DNA of 64,000 nt, from contig OX597833.1 of assembly GCA_951406725.2 (NCBI GenBank), positions 46,996,001 through 47,060,000 of the forward strand, read 5' to 3'. A program made the position numbers and the translations under genes. The DNA is from Octopus vulgaris. Lineage: Eukaryota. This document shows positions 1-12,639 of this stretch, one piece after another. How positions within the stretch are numbered: the first letter of the stretch is position 1; every line of letters starts with the position of its first letter. A model generated the notes under the pieces. The model was given only the letters and a program-made list of their open reading frames with translations, was not told where the DNA came from and made no database searches.

Positions 1-128
1 ATAGAGTTTTCTCCCCTGTAGCTGCAGGTACATTGGCACATTGAGAAGGGAGAAAACTCAAATGGTGACATGATGCTCCTCCAGCATGCTAAAGGTTAAC
101 AACAACAATGCTAATTGTTTTTGTTTAA

Positions 129-348
129 CCCTTTCATTACCAACCCGGCTGAAACCGGCTCTGGCTCTGAGTACAAATGCCTTGTTTTCAAAAGTTCTGA
201 ATTGAAATCCTCCACCAAACCTTAGTCACAATTTATGTTCCTAACACAAGCTTAATGATAACTAAGCTATTTTTTAAAATTCTTTGTTATATTTAAAATT
301 AATTGAAAGAAACACAGAGCATCTCAAAATAAATAAGTAATGAAAGGG
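129..348. mobile_element. piggyBac-type MITE
   Basis: 12-bp TIRs CCCTTTCATTAC/GTAATGAAAGGG, each flanked by TTAA (125-128, 349-352). Confidence 0.8.
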
Positions 349-500
349 TTAAATGCTAATCTGTACTACAGAATATATCTATAGATTTTAGCCAACACCC
401 TGTGTACAGACATCGATGGCAGTAATTCATTTATATGAGCTCTACATATGCCTATTTATATTACAAGAAGTGGCTATGTCCAGGTTGATCATTTAAATTA

Positions 501-578
501 TGCCTGAAGATGATGGAATGCATATGATGTAATCTTTTATGGCTACATTGAATAAAGTTCTACCGGAAGAGCTGTCAC
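501..578 (+). ncRNA. degenerate type I hammerhead-like motif
   Basis: CTGAAGA 504-510, imperfect long stem II (GATGGAA..TTCTACC), GGAA instead of GAAA, then GAGCTGTC; stem I poor. Confidence 0.3.
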
Positions 579-755
579 AAATTTAAATGTTATTCATGTT
601 TTACAGTTTTATTCTTATGCCACACCAAGAATCCACCAGTGTGTGTCAGATCATTCATTATTAATTGGATTTGGTGTTCATATAATTACTGTATCCTATC
701 AGAATTTGATGTCTACGATGTTGTATTATTTCACTGTCAGTTCTGTATGATTATA

Positions 756-1122
756 CTCAGTGGTTAGGGCAGCGGACTCGCGGTCATAGGATCGCGGTTT
801 CGATTCCCAGACCGGGCGTTGTGAGTGTTTATTGAGCGAAAACACCTAAAGCTCCACGAGGCTCCGGCAGGGGATGGTGGTGATCCCTGCTGTACTCTTT
901 CACCACAACTTTCTCTCACTCTTACTTCCTGTTTCTGTTGTACCTGTATTTCAAAGGGCCGGCCTTGTCACTCTCTGTGTCACGCTGAATATCCCCGAGA
1001 ACTACGTTAAGGGTACACGTGTCTGTGGAGTGCTCAGCCACTTACATGTTAATTTCACGAGCAGGCTGTTCCGTTGATTCGGATCAACAGGAACCCTCGT
1101 TGTCATAACCGATGGAGTGCTT
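756..1122 (+). mobile_element. tRNA-derived SINE family A, tail type 1
   Basis: Pol III A-box remnant CTCAGTGG and B box GTTTCGATTCC; near-identical to 27246-27633. Confidence 0.9.
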
Positions 1123-1147
1123 AGAAGAAGAGTATGATTATACCTAT

Positions 1148-1350
1148 TGCCATTCACCTCAGGCCCCCATAATCTCTTCTGTGAAGCTCAACCTCTTGAG
1201 TGCAGTCTGCACCACTTTATTCCATGTCTTCCTAGGCCTTCCACATTTAGCGAATGACACTTCTTTATACAAACCTCCTCATCCATCCACATCACATGAC
1301 CATACTAGTGCAATCTTCTCTCTTGCACCACATCTGATGCCTCTAATGGG
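1148..1350 (-). pseudogene. RTE-like LINE 3' remnant
   Basis: Minus strand decodes ERRLH*YGHVMWMDEE and GRPRKTWNKVV, the conserved post-RT motifs; similar to 14600-14968. Confidence 0.6.
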
Positions 1351-1576
1351 CATGTGTCTTTGAGTTTGTGTTTGTCTCTCACCACCACTTGACAACAGGC
1401 ATTGGTTTGTTTATGTCCCCATAGCTTAACAGTCCAACAAAAAGAGATTGATAGAATAAGTACCAGGATTGAAAATAAGAACTAGGGTTGGTTTGTTTGA
1501 CTAGACCCTTCAAGGCAATGCCCCAGCATGGCCACAATCCCAAACCTGAAACAAATAAACGATATAAGATGCATAT

Positions 1577-2043
1577 AGGCGCAGGAGTGGCTGTGTGGTA
1601 AGTAGCTTGCTTACCAACCACATGGTTCCGGGTTCAGTCCCATTGCGTGGCACCTTAGACAAGTGTCTTTTACTATAGCCTCGGGCCGATCAAAGCCTTG
1701 TGAGTGGATTTGGTAGATGGAAACTGAAAGAAGCCCGTTGTATATATGTATATATATGTGTGCGTGTGTGTATATGTTTGTGTGTCTGTGTTTGTCCCCC
1801 AACATCGCTTGACAACCGATGCTTGTGTGTTTATGTCCCAGTAACTTAGCGGTTGGGCAAAAGAGACCGATAGAATAAGTACTAGGTTTATATGTCCCCG
1901 TAACTTAGCAGTTCGGCAAAGGAGACCGATAGAATAAGTACTAGGCTTACAAAGAATAAGTCCTGGGGTCGATTTGCTCGACTAAAGGCGGTGCTCCTGC
2001 ATGGCTACAGTCAAGACTGAAACAAGTAGAAGTGTAAAAGAGT
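1577..2043 (+). mobile_element. tRNA-derived SINE family B
   Basis: A box TGGCTGTGTGG, B box GGTTCAGTCCC, central TA/TG microsatellite, 3' GACTGAAACAAGTA..AAAGAG; about 55-bp internal duplication; about 20 copies in window. Confidence 0.9.
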
Positions 2044-2348
2044 ACTTATACACGCACACACACACACGCATACCTCCAAAGTTTCAGACTGATCATAATA
2101 AGTCAATAATCAACTTCCAGGTACTCTATTCACCTACATATCGCTTTACTATTGCCACTACTATTATCAGCAACTGCTGTTTCCTTAGTGACAATATTTC
2201 AACATTCATTTACAATAACAACTGTGTAGAAGCTCAATGAATATGCAGTGGATATAAACGAAGGTACCAAAGTGGCTTTTAATTGGATTGCAGTAAGATA
2301 TTGATTTAAGCTTTTGCTTTTATTACTGTTATTATTATTATCATTATT

Positions 2349-2745
2349 AAGGCGGCGAGCTGGCAGAAATGTTAACACGCCGGGCGAAATGCTGAGTGGT
2401 ATTTCATCTGCCGTTACGTTCTGAGTTCAAATTCCGCCTAGGTCAACTTTGCCTTTCATCCTTTCAAGGTCAATTAAATAAGTACCAGTTACGCACTGAG
2501 GTTGATATTATTGATTTAATCCGTTTGTCTGTCCTTGTCATCTCTGTGTTTAGCACCTTGTGGGTAGTAAAGAAATAGGTATTTTACCAGTCAGTACGTT
2601 CTGAGTTCAGATTCTGCCAAGGTCGACTTTGCCTTTCATCCTTTCAGGGTTGATAAATTAAGTATCAGTAGAACACTAGAGGTTGATGTAATCAAGACAA
2701 CCCCTCTCCCAAAACAGCTGCCCTTGTGGCAAAATATGAAACCAT
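2349..2745 (+). mobile_element. SINE family C (head plus repeated body)
   Basis: Head AAGGCGGCGAGCTGGCAGAA, B-box-like GAGTTCAAATTC, core GTCGACTTTGCCTTTCATCCTTTC; body repeated. Confidence 0.8.
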
Positions 2746-2770
2746 TATTATTATCATTATCATTCTTCTT

Positions 2771-2838
<68 letters not shown>
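2744..2838. repeat. (ATT)n/(CTT)n microsatellite
   Basis: direct reading. Confidence 0.95.
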
Positions 2839-2839
<1 letters not shown>

Positions 2840-3570
2840 GAGTGAGTGAGAGAGCAGTGCATGCCATCAAAGTGACACTGGGGTAAAATATACAAAGCCC
2901 AGTATACCCATCATGACGACCCGTCTGATAAGGGTACACCAGGCACATGCATCACAACCATATGTGCGTGACATAGTGATCTCATATCGAGATAAACAGC
3001 ACATGACCTTGCAGGTGGAGGCCCAGTTAGAATTTTCTTCTGGTCGAGTAACCCATCCTGCTCAAAAGGGCCCTGAATAAGGTTTGTTTAAGGATGATGA
3101 ACGAAACACCCATGTTTCCAAAGGTGAATTATTCAAATCCTAAAGAATCCCTCTCAACACATGGCTATGATGCTCCCTCACTACTTCTGCTCGTGATCAG
3201 AGATGCACATTGTCAGCCACTAAGGGACATGCTCAACTGGTTAAGTCAAACAACTGACAAGCAAATCTGTGTTATTGAGCAGAATATTTGCTGTAGCCCA
3301 TCTTTTATACCAAGACAAAACAATGTACATGATAACACTTCGAATCAGTTAATATCAGAAGCCATGAGAGCCACTGCCTGGTACTGCACTGTTTCTTGAT
3401 ACAAAAAATATATTTATTCATAAAATCCCTTATAAGTTTCCTTCCACTCTTTTCCAGATTTTACATAACATCACCATTCAAATTACAGGTTTGTAATGTT
3501 CTCCTTTGCTCTGGTCTTTTTCCTTGAGTATAAACATAAACCCTTGTGTTTCTCAACCTTGGGTAAATAG

Positions 3571-4163
3571 AAACTTTTATATTTCAAGCACAAAGGCCCA
3601 TCTTCAGAAGAAAAACATCCATGAAATGTCCAGTTATGCAGGTTCCCTTAACAAAATCTGCATAACTGGGAGTGCAGGAGTGGCTGTGTGGTAAGTAGCT
3701 TGCTTACCAACCACATGGTTCTAGGTTCAGTCCCACTGCATGGCACCTTGGGCAAGTGTCTTCTACTATAGCCTCTGGCCAACCAAAGCCTTGTGAGTGG
3801 ATTTAGTAGACGGAAACTGAAAGAAGCCCGTCATATCTATGTGTGTGTGTATATGTTTGTGTGTCTGTGTTTGTCCCTCCAACATTGCTTCACAACCGAT
3901 GCTGGTGTGTTTACATCCCCGTAACTTAGCGGATCAGCATAAGAGACTGATAGAATAAGTACTAGGCTTACAAAGAATAAGTCTTGGGGTCGATTTGCTC
4001 GACTAAGGCAGTGCTCCAGCATGGCCACAGTCAAATGACTGAAACAAGTAAAAGTGTAACTGGATTAATGGGTTGACAGAACCTGCATAACTGGAAATTT
4101 CCCAGAATGTTTTTTTTTTTTTTCCTGAAGATGGGCCTTTGCGCCTGAAATATAAAGGTTTTA
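3571..4163. mobile_element. fold-back Penelope-type element with an HHR in each arm, interrupted by SINE B
   Basis: Arms 3571-3653 and 4079-4163 are inverted; each reads CTGAAGA-T-GGGC-loop-GCYT-GAAA-TATA in its own orientation. Confidence 0.7.
3669..4055 (+). mobile_element. SINE family B
   Basis: full-length match to other copies; TAACTGG on both sides. Confidence 0.9.
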
Positions 4164-4759
4164 TAAAACTCTCCGCATTGTCAGAAGCTTTCCTGCTTTC
4201 TCTCTTTTTACCTTCTTCGATATTACCATTCTTCAAGTCAACTACAACGCTCTTATTGGGTAATTGTTCTAATTGTAGAAATTATTGATAAATTATTGTT
4301 CATGACTTTGCAATATTCTCTGCTATTTCTTTAAGAAATCCAAGATGCACATCATCAATGGTGATTTGTCTGTCTTTAAGTAATTTCCTAATTTCCATTT
4401 CTCTAATACTAAAGCACTCCAACAGAATTACTTAGCCTCTTTATTATCAAGGAAAGGATATTATCATGTCTTCTTTCACTTGTTTCAGTCATTTTGACTG
4501 TGGCCTTGCTGGAGCACTGCCTGGAAGGGTTTTTAGTCAAACAAACCGACCCCAAGACTTATTTCTTAAGCCTAGTGCGTATTCTATCGGTCTCCAACTG
4601 GTACCTGTCTTATCTACCTTGAAAGGATGAAAGGCAAAGTTGACTCAGCAGAATTTGAACTTAGAACTTCAAGACAGGTGAAATGCTGCTAAGAATTTTA
4701 CCTAGCATGCTAATGATTCTGCCAGCTCGCTACCTTAGAGAGTATGTAAAAAATTTCTT

Positions 4760-5154
4760 GTCTACTCTAGGCATAAGGCTCGAGATTTTGGGGCAGGGGG
4801 CCAGTCGATTAGATCGACCCCAGTAAGCAACTGGTACTTAATTTATCGACTCCGAAAGGATGAAAGGCAAAGTCGACCACAGCGGAATTTGAACTCAGAA
4901 CATAAAGACAGACAAAATACCTATTTCTGTACTACCCACAAGGGGCTAAACACAGAGAGGACAAACAAGGACAGACATAGGTATTAAGTCGATTACATCG
5001 ACCCCAGTGTGTAACTGGTACTTAATTTATCGACCCCGAAAGGATGAAAGGTAAAGTCGACCTCGGCGGAATTTGAACTCAGAACATAAAGACAGACAAA
5101 ATACCGCCAAGCATTTTGCCCGGTGTGCTAACGTTTCTACCAGCTCGCCGCCTT
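4760..5154 (-). mobile_element. SINE family C dimer
   Basis: two body units and one head; junction GAAATAGGTATTT. Confidence 0.85.
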
Positions 5155-5387
5155 GGTATGTACAAATATTGACACAAGAAGGCAATCTCTTAAATAAAAG
5201 AAAAGACAGAATGGAAGAAAGAAGGAAATAGAAAAGAAATTGAAGAAAAAGAATGAAGAAAAAGAAGGGAAAAAGAGAAAAGAAAGAACTCAGACTGTAT
5301 ATTATAAGAAGTAGAAGAAATCTTTATTAGCCTAAATGTAAAGACACATACAAATGAAACTGTCTAACGAAGAAGAAAATATTATTC

Positions 5388-5795
5388 GTAGGAGTGGCTG
5401 TGTGGTAAGTAGCTTGCCTACCAACCACATGGTTCTGGGTTCAGTCCCACTGCGTGGCATCTTGGGCAAGTGTCTTCTGCTATAGCCTCGGGCCGACCAA
5501 AGCCTTGTGAGTGGATTTGGTAGACGGAAACTGAAAGAAGCCTGTCGTATATATGTATATATATGTGTATGTATGTGTGTGTATATGTTTGTGTGTCTGT
5601 GTTTGTCCCTCTAGCATTGCTTGACAACCGATGCTGGTGTGTTTACGTCCCTGTCACTTAGCGGTTCGGCAAAGAGAGACCGATAGAATAAGTACTGGGC
5701 TTACAAAGAATAAGTCCCGGGGTCGATTTGCTCGACTAAAGGCGGTGCTCCAGCATGGCCGCAGTCAAATGACTGAAACAACTAAAAGAGAAAAA
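5388..5795 (+). mobile_element. SINE family B
   Basis: full-length match. Confidence 0.9.
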
Positions 5796-6212
5796 AAAAA
5801 GAGAGTAGTAGTATCAAGCAAAAAGTAAAAAATCAGTAAAATAACAGCCATAATGCATTCCATTACAGGATGGAGAGACTGCCTTGCCAGTGTTTAAATT
5901 AATCAATAATGAGAAGGCACGTTAGCTAAGTCGTTAAAGCAATTACTGTTTGCGCTCTTTACTCTTTTACTTGTTTCAGTCATTTGACTGTGGCCATGCT
6001 GGAGCACCGCCTTTAGTCGAGCAAATCGACCCCAGGACTTATTCTTTGGAAGCCTAGTACTTATATTTTATCAGTCTCTTTTGCTGAACCGCTAAGTTAC
6101 GGGGACGTAAACACACAAGCACTGGTTGTCAAGCGATGTTGGGTGGGACAAACACAGACTCACAAACATACACACACACACAGATATATATATACATACA
6201 TATGACTGGCTT

Positions 6213-6404
6213 TCGTACTGGTGGCACATAAAAAGCACCCACTACACTCATGGTGTGGTTGGTGTTAGGAAGGGCATCCAGCTGTAGAAACACTGCCAGA
6301 TCAGACTGGAGCCTGGTACAGCCTCCTGGCTTCCCAAACCCCAGTCAAACTGTCCAACCCATGCTAGCATGGAAAACCGACGTTAAACGATGATGATGTT
6401 GATG

Positions 6405-6407
<3 letters not shown>
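6213..6407 (+). mobile_element. family D SINE-like element with (GAT)n tail
   Basis: AGGAAGGGCATCCAGC motif and CCCATGCTAGCATGGAAA..GTTAAACGATGATGAT tail; other copies 14105-14580(-), 58190-58455, 60685-60850(-), 62520-62775. Confidence 0.75.
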
Positions 6408-6450
<43 letters not shown>

Positions 6451-6451
<1 letters not shown>

Positions 6452-6645
6452 CTTAGTTTTTCTAATGCTCGTAGCTTAGTTTTTCCTTGGGGCTGGCCGG
6501 ATTGGAGCGATCTCAAGATTAATCAGCCGAAATTGCTACGATGATCCTGTTCTTGACTGAAGATTGAGGGCTTCGAATGTCCCGTCCGTTTTTTGTATCG
6601 TCTTCTAAGTGTTTTGCGTTCTTGTCCCAGTTTGTAATTTTCTAC
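6451..6645 (+). mobile_element. (TA)n-embedded non-autonomous element, permuted-HHR family 1
   Basis: flanked by TA tracts; homologous to 9826-10224, 27965-28256 and 34873-35027(-). Confidence 0.75.
6506..6572 (+). ncRNA. candidate non-circularly permuted hammerhead ribozyme
   Basis: AGCGAT-C-TCAAGA .. AGCC-GAA-ATTGCT .. TCTTGA-CTGAAGA-TTGAG-GGCT: all three stems and all core nucleotides present, strands in reversed order. Confidence 0.65.
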
Positions 6646-7896
6646 ATATAATAATAATATATATATATATATATACATATATACGACGAGCTTCTTTCAG
6701 TTTCCGCCTACCAAATCCACTCACACGGTTTTGGTCAGCCCAAGGCTATAGTAGAAGACACTTGCCCAAGGTGCCACACAGTGGGACTGAACCTGGAACC
6801 ATGTGGTTGGTAAGCAGGCTACTTACCACACAGCCACTCCTACACCATTGGATAGAATTTCTTGTAGAATTTGTTCTGGTTTTCGATGCTTCTGAGTTCC
6901 ACATAGTCAATTTTGTCATTCATCTTTTTGAGGTCAATAAATGAAATCCCATCAGGCAGCAAGCTGGCAGAATCGTTTGCATGCTGGGTGAAATGCTTGG
7001 TGGCATTTCATCTGTCTTTATGTTCTGAGTTCAAATTCCACTGGAGTTGTCTTTGCCTTTCATCCTTTTGGAGTTGATAAAATAAGTACCAGTTGAACAC
7101 TGGGGATTTAATCGACTTAGCACACCCACCCACCCACCAAACCTCCTAGCCTTCTGCCAGAATTTGAAGTCAATAAATAAAATGCTGTGAGGGCATATGG
7201 TCTGGAGGTTAAGATTGTTGCACTTACAATCATAGGGTTATGGTTTCAATTCCCAGAAAGGGTGGTGTGTAGTGTTCTTGAGCAAAATATTTTATTTTAT
7301 GTTGTTTCGGTCCATTCAGCTATAAATGAGTTCCAGCAATAGCTAAGAGGTGGATGTGTATGTGTGTGTGTGTGTGTGTAGTTCCATGCTACAGCTTGAC
7401 AACCAGTGTTGGTTTGTTTACGTCCTCGTAGCTGTGCGGTTAGGCAAAAGGAAAGTATAGAATAAGTCACGCGATCACGTGACCGACCAGACTATCAAAT
7501 GCTGTTACACATCGCTGGTCACAATGCGCTTTGCGTCGTTTTTTCGCCTTCGAATGACGCCACCCCACTGGCTAAGCAAGCAGGCCAACATGCTCCATTG
7601 GTCGAAAGAGGAACTGGAGCAACATGAAATGGAACTCAAGAACATAACGCACCACCCAGTCTGGGAATCGAACCCACGATCTAGCGATTGTGAATGCAAC
7701 AGCCTAACTACTCAGATTTTAAAATAAATAAGGACTAGGGTTGATTTGTTTGACTCAACCCTTCAAGGTGGTGCCCTAGTATGACCACAGTTCACTGATC
7801 GAAATAGCTAAGAGATAGATTAATCATCGACAATTATTGTAAAATCTGATTTTGTGTAAAATGTATTTGATTTCATTTCTTACTTTTTTTTTTAAA

Positions 7897-8288
7897 CAAG
7901 CAGTATAGCTCGGCATTGCTTGGGCTTGTTTTCTGTTCTACCCTTTAGAATTGGAATTTTTGAAAAGTAAAAATTTTGCATTATGTAGCTTGTTATTGCC
8001 TTTAAGTGAACATTTTTCTGGTTGAAATACACCAAAAAATGGCGACATAGTAGTCAAAAAATCGTAAAAAAATAGGGATTTTTATAGAAAAAAGCACCTT
8101 TTTGATGTAAATAATTTTTGGTCTTAACATGGTCCGATTTGAATTTTTCTTCTATGGAATGAAGAACAAGCCTTCTTCTATCATACTCTCAATTTTGGTC
8201 AACTTGCGCCGCAGGGTCTCGGAGGAGATAGTGTTAGTTGAAGGCTACCAAACCTGCCACACACAGACAACTTCAGCTTTATATATGA
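7897..8288 (-). mobile_element. non-autonomous Helitron, copy 1 of tandem dimer
   Basis: minus strand starts TC and ends with a degenerate hairpin plus CTTG; same family as 8289-8685 and 63392-63790. Confidence 0.75.
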
Positions 8289-8685
8289 CTAGCAGTATTG
8301 CCCAGCGTTGCTCGGGTTTGTTTTCTTTTCCTCCCTTTAGAATTGGAATTTTTGAAAGGTAAAAATTTGGCATTATGTAGCTTGTTATTCTCTTAAAGTG
8401 AACATTTTACTGGTTGAAATACACCGAAAAATGGTGACACAGCAGTAAAAAAATCGTAAAAAATAGGGATTTTCATAGAAAAAAGCACCTTTTTGATGTA
8501 AATAAGTTTTGGTCTTAACATGGTCCAATTTGAATTTTATCTCCTACGGAATGAAGAGCAAGCCTTCTTCTATCATACTCTCAATTTTGGTCAACTTGCG
8601 CCGCAGGGTCTCGGAGGAGATAGTGTTAGTTGAAGGCTACCAAACCTGCCATACACAGACAACTTCAGCTTTATATAGAGAGAGA
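8289..8685 (-). mobile_element. non-autonomous Helitron, copy 2 of tandem dimer
   Basis: minus strand 5' A|TC, subterminal hairpin CCCGAGCAACGCTGGG, 3' CTAG. Confidence 0.8.
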
Positions 8686-9368
8686 TTTGGAAACTGAAAT
8701 ACAATAATTAATCAGGATAGTAATGCGACGTATTTGATGAATGGCGTGAGAACATTGTGTGATGAACACCAGGTAATTAACTTTTGCCTTTATTGCCGAT
8801 TTTTAACGATTTACTGTTTGCGTTTCACTTTTAATTTGTTGCAGTTTGTTGCGACATGCCAGCCATTTTAACTGTGCAACGTTCGAAAGATCGCCAAATA
8901 GACAAAGGATAAAGGTAAAGATGGAAGAGGAAAAGTAAAGTAACAAAAAGAAAGAAAAAAAACCATTGAAAATTTAAAAAAAACGGAGAAATGAAAAATT
9001 CGGAAATAAAGTAGAGCGAACGAGACTGAAAAATACAACAAAAAAATTTTTTTTATAAGCTGTCACTCTAACAATAAAATTTACACAAAAGAGATTTAAA
9101 ATAAATAATTACTTTATTTAGATAGAAATTGGTCAAATGAATTGTAAAAGTAATTATGTTACGAACATAAATAAGTAATAAAGGTTTTTATTGTGTGTGT
9201 TTGTTAAAAACGTTTATTCAATAGAAAAAAGACACAGAACAAATGCATACATACACGCTAGTGTAGCACTCAAAGCTTCGTTCAGGTAATCAACATAGAA
9301 TAAACAAACGATTGGGTTTTTAAATATACTAAACATGTTAGCAGAGGGAAAGCAAAAGAATCTATGTT

Positions 9369-9807
<439 letters not shown>

Positions 9808-9825
9808 ATATATATATATATATAT

Positions 9826-10224
9826 GTATTCGATATTCATTTCCACACGCGCCAGCTTAATTCAATTCGTCCTTAGTCGAAAGACACCTGTTGTTATGTC
9901 CTGTTATTATTTTTACTGTATTTATTATTGTATTTATATTTGGTAACTTTGTCCGTTTTTTTCGTCCTTGTTTTTGTATACAGTTGCTACTTTCTTCCAA
10001 GGAATCTAATGCTCTTAGCTTAGTTTTTCCTTGTGGCTGGCCAGATTGGAGCAACCTCAAGAATAATCAGCCAAAATTGCGAGGATAATCTGGTACTTGA
10101 CTGATGATAGAGGGCTTCGAATGACCCATCCTTGTTTTCTTTGTATCGTCTATCTGGATGTTTTGTTGTCCCTTTTTGTATCACCTAGCTGTCTGGATGT
10201 TTTGCATTCTTGTCCCATTTTGTA
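9826..10224 (+). mobile_element. permuted-HHR family 1 element, longer copy with decayed core
   Basis: GCAAC-C-TCAAG..CAGCC-AAA-ATTGC..CTTGA-CTGATGA-TAGAG-GGCT at 10051-10116; U16.1 and G12 equivalents mutated. Confidence 0.7.
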
Positions 10225-10241
10225 TTATATACATATATATA

Positions 10242-10596
10242 CAAGCAAAACGCCCCCCGTCTCATGGACAATGCTGAGTTGTCAAACATTTAAACCAATT
10301 TTTCTCAAAACAACTTGTCCGACCATCCCATTGGCCTCCCCTTTGAGAAACACTGATTTAACCCAAATTTGAGACACCAGCAAAGGAAGAAATAAAGATA
10401 AACTTTTTTTCTATTCCAAAGAAAAACGATTTCCCACGGCTTTATCGATCGCATTCTCACCTGGAATCGATTTTTGTAATTTTTTCAAGACTTATACATG
10501 CCCTGATACCGTCGGTATCTACATATCAAATTTGAGCGCAATCGGATGGAGGATGCCCAAGATCATAGAAGCCACACAGACAGACAGAACGGATTT

Positions 10597-10605
<9 letters not shown>
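10242..10605 (-). mobile_element. probable non-autonomous Helitron
   Basis: same terminal layout as the other Helitrons (CAAGCA.. at one end; CAGACAGACAG..TTTATATA at the other). Confidence 0.45.
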
Positions 10606-10675
<70 letters not shown>

Positions 10676-10994
10676 CAAAGGACATACAATGTCTACCAGC
10701 TGGAAATAACAGCCAAAACTCTTATTTAAACACTGACAATAACTACCGAAATCAACCGTCTGCGAACATACGGGTTTAGAAAATCATTCAACATACCAAT
10801 ATAACATCCAGCTATATATTTTTAAGTATTTGGACAAGTGAGATTCGGGTGAAAAAAAAAAAATTGAAGAATGCTGTACAAAGTTCATCCAGTTATTGGC
10901 TACCATGTGTCATCATACAGTAGAAATGCACATGCTACTGGATATACCTCAGAAATTCCATAGTTTCCTTAGAGTTTATATAAATAGATTAAAG

Positions 10995-11352
10995 AAAGAA
11001 AATGGAATGAACGAGATTCTTTATTAAAAACTACCGCAATTGTTTCGATGCATTCTTGAACCTGTAATACACAGGTGAGATGTTGTGCAGTCAATTATCT
11101 ACAGTACAGGTGAAGAATGTACCTCCTCGGGCGGCTGTTTAAACAAGTCCCTCGCTATGATATAAACATGTTTCTCGCTATGGATATAGCGAGGAATTTG
11201 TTCAAACAGTCAACTGAGGAGGTGCGTTCTACACCTGTACTATAAGATAACTGACTGCACAACATCTCACCTGTGTATTACAGATGCAAGAATGCCCCAC
11301 AATAATTGTAGCGTTTTTGGGATTTAAAAAAATCCCATTAGTTCCATTTTCT
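10995..11352. mobile_element. diverged fold-back element with decayed long-stem-II HHR in both arms
   Basis: about 165-bp inverted arms; consensus CTGAGGA-GGTGCATTCTT..AAGAATGCATC-GAAA-CAATTG-TA. Confidence 0.6.
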
Positions 11353-11363
11353 GTCTTTGAGAA

Positions 11364-12176
<813 letters not shown>

Positions 12177-12222
<46 letters not shown>

Positions 12223-12299
12223 GTAGGTGGATGGATGGATGGATGGATGGATGGATGGATGGATGGATGGATGGATGGATAGGTAGGTAGGTATGTAGG

Positions 12300-12339
<40 letters not shown>

Positions 12340-12467
12340 CACACTCACACACATACACAAAGAAGAAGAAGAAGAAGAAGAAGAAGAAGAAGAAGAAGAA
12401 GAAGAAGAAGAAGAAGAAGAAGAATTAGAAGAAGAAGAAGAAGAAGAAGAAGAAGAAGAAGAAGAAG
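12177..12467. repeat. compound (GATA)n/(GGAT)n/(GAA)n microsatellite
   Basis: direct reading. Confidence 0.95.
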
Positions 12468-12639
12468 ATTGGGATACTAGAATTTCACTATAAATATTGT
12501 TGCGTTCGAGGTGTACCATAAATTATTCTTGAAAGTTTCACCAGGCGTGAGTTATATTCCGTAGAGCAGGCTTGGAATTGAGTATCACAACTATCGCTAT
12601 GATCGTCTATGGAATAGGAAGAGCAGAGTTTGATGTCAA

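Larger units (their letters stand above)
5955..6842 (-). mobile_element. SINE family B split by nested insertions
   Basis: 3' half 5955-6212 and 5' half 6680-6842 separated by a family D element and an HHR element. Confidence 0.8.

Noticed and set aside
825-1077. Recurrent 60-110 aa ORFs such as MFIERKHL.., ..CHAVGLNPEPCGW and ..SEFKFRRGRLCLSS
   Set aside because: Chance frames within SINE families A, B and C
2839-3390. Possible HDV-like ribozyme or classifiable element next to (ATT)n
   Set aside because: Single copy in the window; I could not build the nested double pseudoknot or assign a family
10068-10116. Ordinary type II hammerhead fold for family 1 using the second ATC after GAAATTGC
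   Set aside because: The 9-10 nt between that ATC and CTGANGA cannot form stem I in any copy, whereas the permuted fold has covarying stems; kept only as an alternative conformer
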